Source of the DNA: an uncultured Gemmataceae bacterium
Lineage (GTDB): Bacteria > Planctomycetota > Planctomycetia > Gemmatales > Gemmataceae
Direction: 5' to 3'
Length of the DNA stretch: 64,000 nt
Assembly: GCA_963750165.1 (NCBI GenBank)
Contig: CAVVPN010000003.1
Span: 1,536,001-1,600,000 of the forward strand
This document shows positions 52,731 to 64,000 of this stretch, piece after piece. The translations under genes and the position numbers were made by a program. Position 1 is the stretch's first letter, and each line of letters opens with the position of its first letter. The notes beneath the pieces are model-generated. The model did not search any database. It was not told the DNA's origin and saw only the letters and a program-made list of their open reading frames with translations.

Positions 52731-55700
52731 ATGACAAACGTGCGACGCTGCTGGCGGTGGGGAATGCTCCTTGCCGTCCTGGTGTGCAGCCAGGCGGGGC
52801 CGGCCCGTGCTCTTGCGCAGGGCCCGGTCAAGAAGGACCAGGAGACGGGCATCAAGCCGAAGGTGCTGCCGACCTACGTCTTTGAGATGAAGGACAAGCC
52901 CTGGCACGGGCCGGGCGGCGTGCTCGAGTGGCTGGTCGATAAGACCAAGATGCCCGTCATCTCCACGCACAAGCCGACGGGCTCCATGAATTTCATCTCG
53001 CCCGACAAAGTGAAGTACACCATCCCCCAGATCATCGACATCCTCAACGAGGCGCTGGCGCAGCAGCAGCTGATCCTCATCCGCAAGGTCGCCTCGATCA
53101 CACTGCTGGCCACGGACCAGCCGATCCCCGAGACGGACATCCCACGCCTGACCGAGGCGGAACTGTACGAGCGCGGCAAGACCGAACTGGCGTCGGTCGC
53201 CATCCGGCTCAAGTCGCTGGACGCCGAGACGTTCCAGAAGGAAGCAAAGGACATGCTCGGCACCTTTGGCAAGGTGACGGCCCTGCCAACCGCCAACATG
53301 CTCATCCTGCGCGACCAGGCCGGCACGCTGCGCCAGGCCATCAAAATGATCAGGGAGATGGATACTGACACTCCGGAAGGGGTCGGCAAAACCACCATCA
53401 CCTACCAATGTAAGTTCATCAAGGCGGCCGACGCCGCCGAGACCGTGACCAAGTTCCTGGGCACCGACAAGGAAGAGATTCAGGTCAAGGACAAGGCGGG
53501 CAACGTGCGGACGCGCATCCGCACTCACACCATCACCGTCGATGAAGGGCTGAACACGGTCATCATCAGCGGCCCGACCGACAAGATCGCCAAGGCCAAG
53601 GAGATCCTCGCCCAGATCGACAAGGGCGAGATCCGGTATCAGTACGGCTATCCGATCCTGCAGCGCATCGAGATCCCCAGCGGCAACGCCGAGGCCATTG
53701 CCAAGGCGGCGCAGATGGCGTTCAAGCAGTCGCAAACGCTGAACATCTCGAACATTGGCGGCACCGCCCTGCTGGTCTACGCCCGGCCGGGCGATCAGGT
53801 GAAAATTTCCCAGTTCGTCGAGGCTGCCCAGAAAGCGGCGGCGCCGGTTACGGTACTGGTGCCGTTGACCACCGCGGACGCGACCAAGCTGGCCGATACG
53901 CTCAACAAGATGCACGGTGATGCTGGCAAGGGTGGGCCGTTCATCGAGGCCGACACGGGCCGCAACGCGATCATCATCCGCGGCACTGCCCAGCAGGTCA
54001 AGGGTGTCAAGGAAGACATTGATCGCCTGCAGCAAAACACCATCGACGGCAAGAACGGCGGCCCTGCCAGTTCCACGCGCATCATCAATGTGGAGAAGGC
54101 CAGCGCCACCACCCTGGCCCGGGCCCTGCAGCGCATGATTCCGGAAATGCGGCCGGACACACACGTCAAGGTGATCCTGCCCGGCAGCGATCTGTTCAAC
54201 AAGAAGAATCTGAAGAAAAGCCTGGACGAGATGAAGAATCTGCCTCCTCTGGAGGAGCCGAAGAAGAAGATCAAGAATGACACTGGCCTGAAGACCTTCG
54301 AGGACATCCGTTACGAGGAGGCCGCCCAGGAGAAGAAGGGCGGGCTGGTCGATCCGCGCGACAGCAAACCGCTGACGCTGACGGCGTTCGGCACCAAGAT
54401 GATCGTCAACTGTGATGACCCGGCCGTCCTGAACCTGGTGCAGGACCTGGTGCGGCTGCTGACGCAGACCGACCCGGGCCCCGGCGATTTCCAGGTGGTC
54501 CGCCTGAAGTACGCCAGCGCCGTCGAGACCGCCAAGGTGCTCGACGATGCGTTCAACGGCCAGCAACAGCGCGGTGGCGGCGGCGGCGGCTTCGGCGGTG
54601 GCAAGGGCGGCGGCAAGGGTGGCGGCAAGGGCGGCGGCAAGGGCGGCGGCGGCTTCGGCGGCGGCGACCCGAGCGGCGGTATGGGGGGGGGCATGGGCGG
54701 CATGTTCATGCAGATGATGGGCGGCGGCGGTGGCCAGCGGCAGCAGAGCGTGGAGCGCGTCCGTGTCGTGGCCGACCCGTCCATTAATGCCCTGCTCATC
54801 AAGGCCAACGCCCTGGACATGCTGACGATTCGTGACCTGCTTGACATGGAACTGGACACCAACATCAACGACTCCACCGTCAAGATTCAGATGCGCTTTA
54901 TCGGCCCGCTCAAGGCGGCCAACGCCTCCGAGGTGGCCTATGTCATCCAGCGCGTCTACGCCGAGAGCATGAGCCAGGCCAACATCCAGCGGGCGGCCAT
55001 CGCAAACCTGGGAGGCTTATCGGTCGGCCAGTTCCGCGGGCCCAGCGACGGCGCCACCCACAACGTACAACTGACCCTGGGCGTGGATGACCGCTCCAAC
55101 AGCATCATCGTGGCCTGTCCCAAGGGCCTGTTCGATGAGATCAAAACCCTGGTCGATCACCTGGAGGATGGGGCGGCGAACAACACTTCGCAGGTCAAGG
55201 TCGTGTCCATCCGTAACGTGGACCCGTTGCTGGTGCAGCAGGCCGTGGACGCCATCCAGGGCCGGCGCTTGAACACGGGCCGCGGCACTGGCGGCACTGG
55301 TGGCTTCGGCGGCTTCGGCGGCGGTGGCACCGGCGGCTTCGGCGGCGGCGGCATGGGCGGCGGCCGCGGCGGCGGCGGCATGGGCGGCTTCGGCGGCGGC
55401 ACTGGCGGCTTCGGTGGCTTCGGCGGCGGCGGCACCGGTGGCTTCGGCGGCTTCGGCGGCGGCGGCCTCGGTGGCTTCGGCGGCGGCGGCATGGGCGGCG
55501 GCCGCGGCGGCATGGGCGGCGGCGGCATGGGTGGCGGCGGCATGGGTGGCGGCGGCGGCGCCCGCGGCGGCGTGGGCGGCGGCGCCCGCGGCAGCACACG
55601 CGGCTTCCTGGAGCCACAACCGGGAGGGTCGGATTTTTTCGCCTGCGGGGTCAAGGATGACCCGAAGTTCCTCGTCCTCTACGATCCGCAACAAGATCGC

Positions 55701-58700
55701 ACTTCGAGTCCTGAACCAGTAGCCTTTGCGGTGCCCCGCCAGGATGGCGGGGCGCCCACCCTCCCCCTGGACCGGGTTCCGCAGGCTGCCATCGAATTCA
55801 TGCAGATCAGCTACGAAGAAGAGCAGCAAGTCCCCGTGGTCGGCGGCGAGTCTGTCACCGGGCCGCGCCTCGGCGTCACCGCCGAGGCCCTGGAGGCGCT
55901 CGGCATCCTGGTGCTGCGGGCCAACAATCAGCAGGACCTGGAGGCGGCGCTCAAGATCATCGAGTACATCCAGAAGCTGGGCGCCCAGGCGGAAATCCAG
56001 ATTAAACTGGTGCCGCTGCAGTACGCGGATGCCGTCAGCCTGGCCAACCAGCTGGCGTTCTTCCTGCAGCGCGTCATCATCGGACCGCAGGCGGTCACGC
56101 TGTCGCCGTTCGGGCGCGGCCGGGCGGCTTCGGTCAGCAGCCCGGCGGCTTCGGTCAGCAGGGCGGCGGCTTCGGTGGTGGCTTCGGCGGTCAGCAAGGC
56201 GGTGGCTTCGGTGGCCAGCAAGGCGGTGGCTTCGGCGGTCAGCAAGGCGGTGGCTTCGGTGGCCAGCAGGGCGCCGTGAGCCTCAACCTGAGCCAGCCGG
56301 CCGGCTCGGTGGTGTTTTACCCTGTCGTCCGGCTCAACGCCCTGCTGGTGGCGGCGCCCAAGTCGCGCATGGGCGATCTGTTGCGGCGCATCGAGGACCT
56401 CGACCGGCCGCCCACCACGAAGGCGGTGTCGTTCCCGCTCAAGCGGGCCTCGGCGACCGTCGTGGCCACGCAACTGCAACAGTTCTACGCCACGCGCAAC
56501 CGCGAGTTGCAGACCCAGAACGAGATCAGCTTCGCGTCGGACCCCAACAACAACACGGTGATCGTGCAGGCCGCGCCCGGCGACCTGGCCGAGATTCGCG
56601 ATCTGATCGAGCGCTTCGACAGCGTCGCCAACAACGCCCTCAGCGACCTGAAGATCATCCCGTTGCGCAACGCCATCTCAGACGTCCTGGCGGGCATCGT
56701 GCAGAAGGCCATCTCCGATGGTTACGTGCAGCCGAGCCTGGTCGGCTCAGGCGGCCTGCTCGGGGCGACCGGCGGCGGCGTCGGCGGCGTCGCCGGTGGC
56801 GGCCTGGGCGGCGGCGGCGGCCTGGGCGGCGGCGCTGGCGGCGGCCTGGGTGGCGTGGGCGGCCTGACAGGCGGTGTCCAGACGACGCCGGGCTACAAGT
56901 ATCCCACCAAGACCAACAACCTGCGGTTCGTCAGCAACCGCAAGGACCTTGGCGGCCAGGAGGAGTCGAGCATTCTGGAGGACGTGCGCATCATCTCGGA
57001 CGCGCGCATCAACAGCCTGATCGTCGCGGCCCCGGAGCGGACCATGAAGCTGATCGAGCTGCTGGTGCGCGACCTGGACGTGCCGCCGGCCGCCCGGGCC
57101 GAGATCAACATCTTCACGCTGAAGAAGGCGGACGCGGCGTCGCTGGCCAACTCGCTGCAGCAGCTGTTCCTGGGCACCGGTGCCGCTGGCGTCGGCGGCG
57201 CCGCCGGCGGCTTCGGCGGCGGTGCCGCGGGCGGCTTCGGCGGTGCCGGCGGCGGCTTCGGCGGTGCCGGCGGTGCCGCCGGCGGTGCGGGCACCGTCCC
57301 CCTGCTGCAGCTCACGCTGGGCGGCTTCACGCCGCAAGGGGCGCCGCTGATCCAGTTGCGCATCACCGTCGATGACCGCACCAACAGCCTCATCGTCGCC
57401 GGCAGCCGCAATGACCTCGATGTCATTGAGGCCATCGTCAGCCGGCTGGAGGACAGCGACGTGGCCCAGCGGCGCGTCACGGCCATCAAGCTCAAGAACG
57501 CCCAGGCGGCCGACGTGGCCAACGCCCTGACCACGTTCGTGGCCGGCATGATCTCGGTCTGGACCAAGGGCAACCAGCTGCAGCCCTTCCAGGAAATCCA
57601 GCGCGACGTGGTCGTCGTCGCCGAGCCGATCACCAACACGGTCATCTTCAGCGCCACGGATCGCTACTTCAACGAGCTGCTGCAGATCGTGATGCGCATC
57701 GACATGCTGCCGCCGCAGGTGGTCATCCAGGCAATCATCGCCGAGGTGGACCTGACGGGCACGGAGGAGTTCGGCGTGGAAATCGCGCTGCAGTCGCCGG
57801 TGATCTTCTCCCGCGGCGTGGACAGTACAGGCACGGTGCTGAACGCCTCGTCGCCGGGCTTCAACTTCAACAACACAGCGCTGCTGCCCACGTCCAGCCC
57901 TGGAGCCGGTCCGAGCACGGTCGGTTTCCAGGGGCTGGGCAACCTGGGCACGGGCCGGGTGTCGCCCAACAGCGGCATCGGCGGCTTCGTGTTCACGGCC
58001 TCCAGCAACGCGGTCAACGTGCTGGTGCGGGCCCTGAAGACGCAGAACCGCATCGACATCCTCAGCCGGCCGCAGTTGATGACCACCGACAACCAGGCGG
58101 CCCGCCTGCTGGTCGGCCAGCAGTACCCGACCATCTCCGGGTCGGTGGCGACCACGGCCACGACCGGCATTCCGACGGTGACCAACACCATCGTCTACAA
58201 GGATGTCGGCATCTCGCTGCAGGTGACGCCAAAGGTCAACCCCGATGGCACGGTGGTGATGCGCGTCATCCCCGAGGTCTCGACCGTCCAGCCGACGATG
58301 GTGATGATTAACACCGGCACGTTCGCCACGGCCTTCAACGTGCAGACGGTCGAGACGACGGTGATCGCCCAGGACGGCGAGACGGTGGTGATCGGCGGCC
58401 TGATCCAGAAGACGGACAACAAGACGGAAAACGCGGTGCCGGTCCTGAGTAACCTGCCGATAGTCGGGGCGCTGTTCCGCTACCGCCAGCAGCTCAAGCA
58501 CAAGCAGGAGCTGATCGTCATCCTGACGCCGCACATCGTCCGCTCGCCGCTGGACGCGGATCGGGCGCTGTACGACGAGGCGCGGCGCATGGACTGGGTG
58601 CTGGGCGACGTGATGAAGATGCACGGCCCGCGCGGCATCGACGTGCTCTCGAAGGTGCCGACGTCGCACCTGAACAACCCGTTGTACAAGGGTGGGCCTG

Positions 58701-59209
58701 GCGGCCCTGGCGGCCCCGGCGGCCCCGGCGGCCCGAACGCTGGCTGCAACAGCCCCGACTGCCTGATGGGCAAGAGCGGCTCGGACCTGGGCCCGGGGAT
58801 GACGCCACCGCCGCTGGTGCCCGGCGTGGGACCGTGGGATCCCGGCTACAAGCCGGAGTACGGCCCGACGCCGCGGCCATTCGTGCCGCAGCAGCCGACG
58901 CTGCCGGCCACCCCGGCGCCGATGCCGAAAACGGTCCCGCCAGCGGCGCCGACCACCGCCCCGCCGCCGATGCCGGCCGCTCCGCTGTCGTTCGCGCCGG
59001 TGGCACCGCAGACGCACGTGACGCTGACCGGCCAACCGCAGGGGACGCCGGTGCTGCCGGTGCTGCCGGCGCTGCCGGCCCAACCGCAGATCGTGCTGCA
59101 ACCGCCGGCCTCGGTGCCGCCTGGCCATACGGTGATGCCAGTGAACATCGTCCCCATGAACATGAACATGGGTCCCATTTCGGACACTCAGGGAAGGGAG
59201 TCCCGGTAA
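52731..59209 (+). CDS. gspD: giant secretin (~2160 aa); frameshift at GGG 56112-56114
   Basis: Many N-domain repeats (D.RTNSLIV type); C-terminal PQVVIQAIIAEV, ILSRPQLMT.DNQ.A, DVGISL.VTP, QDGETVVIGGLI, VPVLS.LP.VG.LFR, EL.V.LTPHIV. Adding one G joins the two ORFs through a GGFGGQQ repeat. Confidence 0.88.
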
Positions 59210-60665
59210 TGGTCGCGGTCTCGTTCGCACAGGGTTCGGAGACGGCGACGCCGCGCCCGCGCCCCGACAGGGGGCGCGGGTGGGGTGGGTCGCGCGTCTG
59301 GGATTGTGGCTGGGGCTGGCCGTGGCGCCGCTGACCGGTTGTACCACCGGTGACAAGCTGTTCTGCTGCCCGGACTGGCTGCACGGGTCGCCGTTGGTCA
59401 ACGACAACGCGGTGTGCCAGGTCGTGGCGACCTGGCAGAGTGAAGTGCAGTGGACGATTGATCCGGTCAACTACGGATCGACGCTGCCGGGCCTGGCGGG
59501 CAAGGTGTACCTGTTCGGTCAGGAGGCTAATCAACCGCTGGTGGGTGGCGGTGAGCTGGAGGTGGAGGTGTTCGACGAAAGCCGGCCGAACGCCCCGCCG
59601 CAGCGCCTGGAGAAATACAAGTTCGACAGGAAGTCGCTCCGGGAACTCATGCGTCAGGATCCGATTGGTTGCGGCTACACGGTGTTCCTGCCGTTGACCG
59701 CGTACCGGCCGGACATCACCCAGGTCCGGTTCAAGGTCTGTTACAAGACGGAGCGCGGCAACCCGCTGTACACGATCAGCAACACGACGGCGATCGTGCA
59801 TGGCGACCGGTCGAACCAGAGCCTGGGGCCGGTACTGGCGAAGGCGGTGGGAATGCCGCTGTCGCCGGCTGGCGGCCCGCAGCAGCAGGTGTACCAGCAA
59901 CAGCCGTACCAGCAACAGCCGTACCAGCAGCAGGTCCAGGCATCGTTCTACCAGCAGCAACAACAGCAGCAGTATCAGCAACAACAGCAACAGCAGTGGC
60001 AACAACAGCAACCGCAGTGGCAGCAACCGCCGCCGGCGAACATGCAGCGGTTCGCGATACCAACGGGGCCAACGCTGCCCAACCCGGGGTTGCAGCAGGG
60101 GCAATACCCACCGCAGCAGGGGCAATACCCACCGCAGCAGGGGCAATACCCACCGCAGCAGTCGGCGTTCGCGTCGGCGACCACGGGCGTTCCAGGTTAC
60201 CAGCCCACGCAGCCGCCGGCCGCGACGATGCAACCGATGCCACCGGTCGCGCGGAAGCCCGAGGCGATTCAGACGGGGCCGCCGGCGGATCTGCTGCCCC
60301 ACCTGCGACCGGAGCCTGGGACGGCGCCGCCGTACACACCGCCGAACCAGACGGGCGGACGAGTGCTGCAGTCGGTGTTCCCGGCGGTGCCGCCGATGCC
60401 GCCGCCGGACAACGGCCGGCCGGGGCAGCCGGTGACGACGGGTCTGCTGGTGGTGCCGCCGCCGCAACCCGGCGCGCTGGAGCCGGCGATCCCGCAAGCC
60501 AAGCCTGGGCGGGCGGGACTGGAGATGTCGTCGGGACTGCCGCCGACGGCGCCGGCCGTGGCGCCGGTGGGCCAGATCCAGCTGCTGCCACCGATTGCGA
60601 CACAGCCGTCTGCGGCCGAGTCCGGCGAGTCGTCGGGACTGCGGGTGCTGTACTCGAACCACTGA
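59209..60665 (+). CDS. lipoprotein with Gln/Pro-rich low-complexity tail (start uncertain)
   Basis: LAVAPLTG-C lipobox, PGLAGKVYLFG; YQQQP and PQQGQYP repeats. The ATG at 59209 overlapping gspD's TAA needs an indel near 59270; the alternative start is GTG 59280. Confidence 0.7.
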
Positions 60666-60693
60666 CGGTCGCGGGCGGTGCAGGATCAACCTG

Positions 60694-60734
60694 GAGAGCG
60701 GCCCTTCGTTATGGGAGGGCCGCTCTCTGTTTTT
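60694..60734 (+). terminator. intrinsic terminator closing the T2SS operon
   Basis: gagagcggcccttc...gagggccgctctc followed by tgttttt. Confidence 0.75.
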
Positions 60735-60751
60735 CGGCGCAGGAAGGAGTC

Positions 60752-61180
60752 ATGCCTTCGTCTTCATACCGGCAGTGGCGGACGGTGCGCGCCGCGGCGT
60801 TGGATGAAATCGCCCACGCCCATGTCGCCGTCGATGGAACCGCGCCTGGCCGCCGCTACACGACCCAGCAGATCAATCGTGCTTACCCCACATTGATTGC
60901 TTCGCAGTTCCAAGGATTCTGTCGTGATCGGACCAACCTCGGCGACGACAAGAAGCCGGCGCCGCGGGTCTGGCTGACCTACACGCCCGTGGGCCGCCTC
61001 ACGCACACCCTCCACCACTATCTCGGAGTGGCCGGCGGCGCCGCCGTACCCTGCTTCGCCCTCTTCGAGCGGAAGGTGTTCGCCGGCAAGCAGGAAGCGG
61101 TCATCGACTTTCTCAAGCAATTCGGCCTCAGCCGCGCGGAAGCGGAGGAGGTCATCGCGGCCGTGGGCACTGGGCCGTGA
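60752..61180 (+). pseudogene. chimeric ORF: truncated HEPN/RiboL-PSP-like N-terminus joined to an unrelated C-terminus
   Basis: AAGGAG RBS; MPSSSY..WRT.R..ALDEI..AH....G...GRRY.TQQIN.AY..LI.SQFQGFCRD, then an abrupt change in sequence character at ~60928. Confidence 0.45.
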
Positions 61181-61297
61181 CCGAACCGGAGCCGATCCCA
61201 CAGATTTTCCCGGCTTTTCTGGCGAACCCGCCGCATTTGTGTTACAACAAATTCCTCCGTGGCATGAAACCCCCTTGAGTCTCAGCGAGAGTAACCC

Positions 61298-63777
61298 ATG
61301 TGGAAACGCCTGACCGTTCTGAGCGCGTTCCTCGTGATCGCGACCGTGCCGCTCCTGCCCCTGCAGGCACAGAAGAAGAAAATCGACCAGCCCCCCTCGG
61401 AAACCAAGAAGTCCGGCCCGACCAAGCCCGGGGAGCCAAAGAAGTACGACGAGGTCATCACCAAGGACGCCAAGACCTACCCCGGCGTCTTCACCGTCCA
61501 TCGCGTGGATGAGAAGGTCTACTTCGAGATTCCGCACGACGGTTTCAACAAGCTGATGCTCTGGCAGGCCGAGGTCGTCAAGGGCCCGGCCGGCGTCACC
61601 TGGGGCGGCTTCTCGCTGGGCAACCGCGTCCTGCGCTGGGACCGCCGCGGCAACAAGGTCTATCTCTGGCAGGCGTCCTTCGGCAAGCGCGCCGACGGCA
61701 AATCGATCCAGCTGGCCGTCGATTCCGCGAACATGGACTCCATCATCTACGCCTTCAACGTCGAGGCTGAAGGCAAGGACCGCTCGACCGTCATCAACGC
61801 CACGCCGCTGTACCTGACCGACGTGACCGACCTGTCCGTGAAGCGGGCCGTCGGCTCCGGCGGCGCCATCGACGCCAACCGCTCGTACCTGGAGGAGGTC
61901 AAGGCGTTTCCGACCAACATCGAGGCGCGTTCGCTGCTGACGTTCACCGGCGGCGGGGGTGGCTTCGGCCCCATCGGCAAGGGCCCGCCGGGGATGGCCG
62001 GCGGCGCAAGCGCAGCTTCACGGCGGTGGTGCATTACAGCCTGGTCATGCTGCCCGAGCGGCCGATGACCGGCCGCTTCTTCGATCCGCGCGTCGGCTAC
62101 TTCACGCGCAGTTTCGAGAACTACTCCGCGGGCAAGCCGTGGATGGAGAAACAGCAGTTCATCGCCCGCTTCCGCCTGGAAAAGAAGGACCCCAAGGCCG
62201 CGGTCTCCGAGCCGGTCAAGCCGATCGTCTTCTACATCAGCCGTGAGGTGCCCGAGAAGTGGCAACCGTACCTGCTCAAGGGCGTTGAGGACTGGAAGCC
62301 GGCGTTTGAGAAGGCTGGCTTCAAGAACGCGATCATCGCCAAGCTGGCGCCAGACGCGCGCACCGATCCGAACTGGGATCCGGAGGACGCCCGGCACTCG
62401 GTCATCCGCTGGGTTGCCGATCCGGTGCAGAACGCGATGGGGCCGCACGTCCACGACCCGCGTTCCGGCGAGATCATCTCGGCACACATCATCTTCTGGC
62501 ACGACATCGTCAAGCTGACGCAGCAATGGTACTTCGTGCAGTGCTCCGCCGTGGACGAGCGCGCCCGCAAGCTGCCGCTGCCGGACGACCTGACCGGCGA
62601 GCTGCTGCGTTACGTCTGCGCTCATGAGGTCGGCCACACGCTCGGCCTGCGACACAACCACCGCGCCAGCGGCGCCTACACCATCGAGCAGCTGCGCGAC
62701 CCAAAGTTCACGGAGAAGCACGGCAGCGTCGCGTCGATCATGTCCTACGGCCGCTACAACTACGTCGCCCAGCCGGAGGACAAGGTCAAGCACCTGATTC
62801 CGGTGATCGGGCCGTATGACTACTTCGCCATCGAGTGGGGTTACAAACCGATCGCCGGCAGCAAGCGGCCGGAAGGCGAACGCGCCACCCTGGACAAATG
62901 GGCGGCCCGTCAGCTCGACGAACCGTGGCTGCGCTTCGGCGGCGAGGACGGCCCGGCGTCGGTCGATCCGACCGTCAAGACCGAGAACATCGGCACCGAC
63001 ACGCTGCGGGCGACCGAACTCGGCCTGAAGAACCTCGACCGCGTGCTCGACCACCTGCTGTCGGCGACCACGGAACTGGGCGAGGACTATTCGCTGCTGG
63101 AGGAGACGTACAAGACGATGCTGAGCCATCGCCGCAACTGGTTCAACGCGGTGGCGCTCAACGTCGGCGGTGTCGTCGAGAACCGCACTCTGGGCGGCCG
63201 CGGCAGCGAAACCTTCAGCCGTGTCTCGAAGGAGAAGCAGAAGCAGGCCGTCAAGTTCCTCAACGAGCACGCCTTCACGACGCCGAAGCGGTTGCTCAAC
63301 CCGGCCATCCTGAATCGCTTCAAATACACCGGCGTGTCGAGTGAGATCGCCGGTCAGCAGCAGTTCCTGATGCGCAGCCTGCTGAACAACGCCCGCCTCC
63401 ACCGCCTCATGGACGACGAATTGCTCAACCCGGAGAAGGCGTACACCGTCATGGAACTGCTCAACGACGTGCAGAACGGCATTTTCAGCGAGCTGAACGC
63501 GACGAAGCCGAAGATCGACGTGCTGCGGCGCGGCCTGCAGCGTGCGTACCTCGACCACCTGCGCGGCGAACTGAACCCGAAGGAGGACGGCGGCAAGGTG
63601 CCGTTCGGCCTCGGTGGCGGCGACAGCACCGACTTCCGCGCCGTGGCCCGGAATGCCCTGAAGGGCCTGCGCGGGCAGGTCAACGCCGCGCTCGGCCGCG
63701 CGCAGGACGCCATCACCATCGCCCACTTGCAGGACTGCGAGCGCGAGATTGACGCAATGCTGGAGCGCAAGAAATAA
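61298..63777 (+). CDS. exported zinc-dependent metalloprotease (DUF5117/DUF4953-type metzincin); frameshift near 62007
   Basis: HEVGHTLGLRHN, SIMSY Met-turn, DPRVGYF, DPRSGEII, GPYD.FAIEWGY; the N-terminus is in ORF 61298-62068. Confidence 0.9.
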
Positions 63778-63789
63778 GCGCGAGTAGCC

Positions 63790-63881
63790 CGCGAAACGTA
63801 AACGGGGTCAGCGAGGCGCCCGCGCTTCACTGACCCCGTTTACGTTTCGCGCGGGCAGAGTCCGCGCGAAACGTAAACGGG
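63790..63881. repeat. triple-arm cluster of the CCCGTTTACGTTTCGCGC palindrome
   Basis: cgcgaaacgtaaacggggtcag / ctgaccccgtttacgtttcgcgcgg / ccgcgcgaaacgtaaacggg in alternating orientation. Confidence 0.85.
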
Positions 63882-64000
63882 TGGCATATGCCGCCTTGCC
63901 GTGGTACAATCCCCTCACTGCCTGGTTCGGCGATTGGTTGGAACCTACCCGGCGCTTGACCGCCGCTCTCCCCGACCGCGCTCGCGATACCCCCAAACCC

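Noticed and set aside
50577..54566. 1329-aa minus-strand ORF
   Set aside because: Antisense shadow of T2SS genes.
55157..55654. Pro-rich extensin-like minus-strand ORF
   Set aside because: Reverse complement of the secretin's Gly-rich codons.
56120..56279. ASVASKAV repeat at the end of ORF 52647-56279
   Set aside because: Out-of-frame reading of the GGFGGQQ repeat after the indel.
63882..63900. sigma54 promoter (TGGCAT...TTGC)
   Set aside because: GG-to-GC spacing is not the required 10 nt; TGgTACAAT just downstream fits sigma70 better.

Overview
GC-rich bacterial chromosome segment. It is most likely Planctomycetota (Gemmataceae-like), inferred from a DUF4058 gene, a YdjY-domain gene, the 'LADALEEAGC...GCWAVDLLLGK' paralog family, Lys/Gly-rich exported proteins and typical palindromic repeats. 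Recognisable blocks: a short SecA paralog; a transport/YciI cluster; nfeD-nfeD-floA; trpBA; a Ser/Thr kinase; a redox cluster (two DsbD-N proteins, YyaL, a Tsr3/DTW-like gene); a RelE-type toxin-antitoxin pair; an LPS operon (lpxK, DHS-like gene, hldE, waaF, LPS kinases, GT4); a type II secretion-like operon; and a zinc metalloprotease. Highlights not shown by the ORF track: (1) an Rdx/SelW-type selenoprotein gene (CxxU, in-frame UGA, SECIS-like hairpin) at 30645-30884; (2) a single ~2160-aa secretin, split by one indel, with about 21 Phe-Gly motifs in Gly-rich loops, reminiscent of FG repeats; (3) a duplicated ~115-bp non-coding cassette (promoter, conserved core, palindrome) at 27.1 kb and 40.9 kb; (4) tandem hairpin/U-tail units with a GGGAGAG loop upstream of secA. 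About ten genes have single-base frameshifts in or next to G/C runs, most simply read as sequencing/assembly indels. All family calls come from motif recognition by eye; no database search was run.
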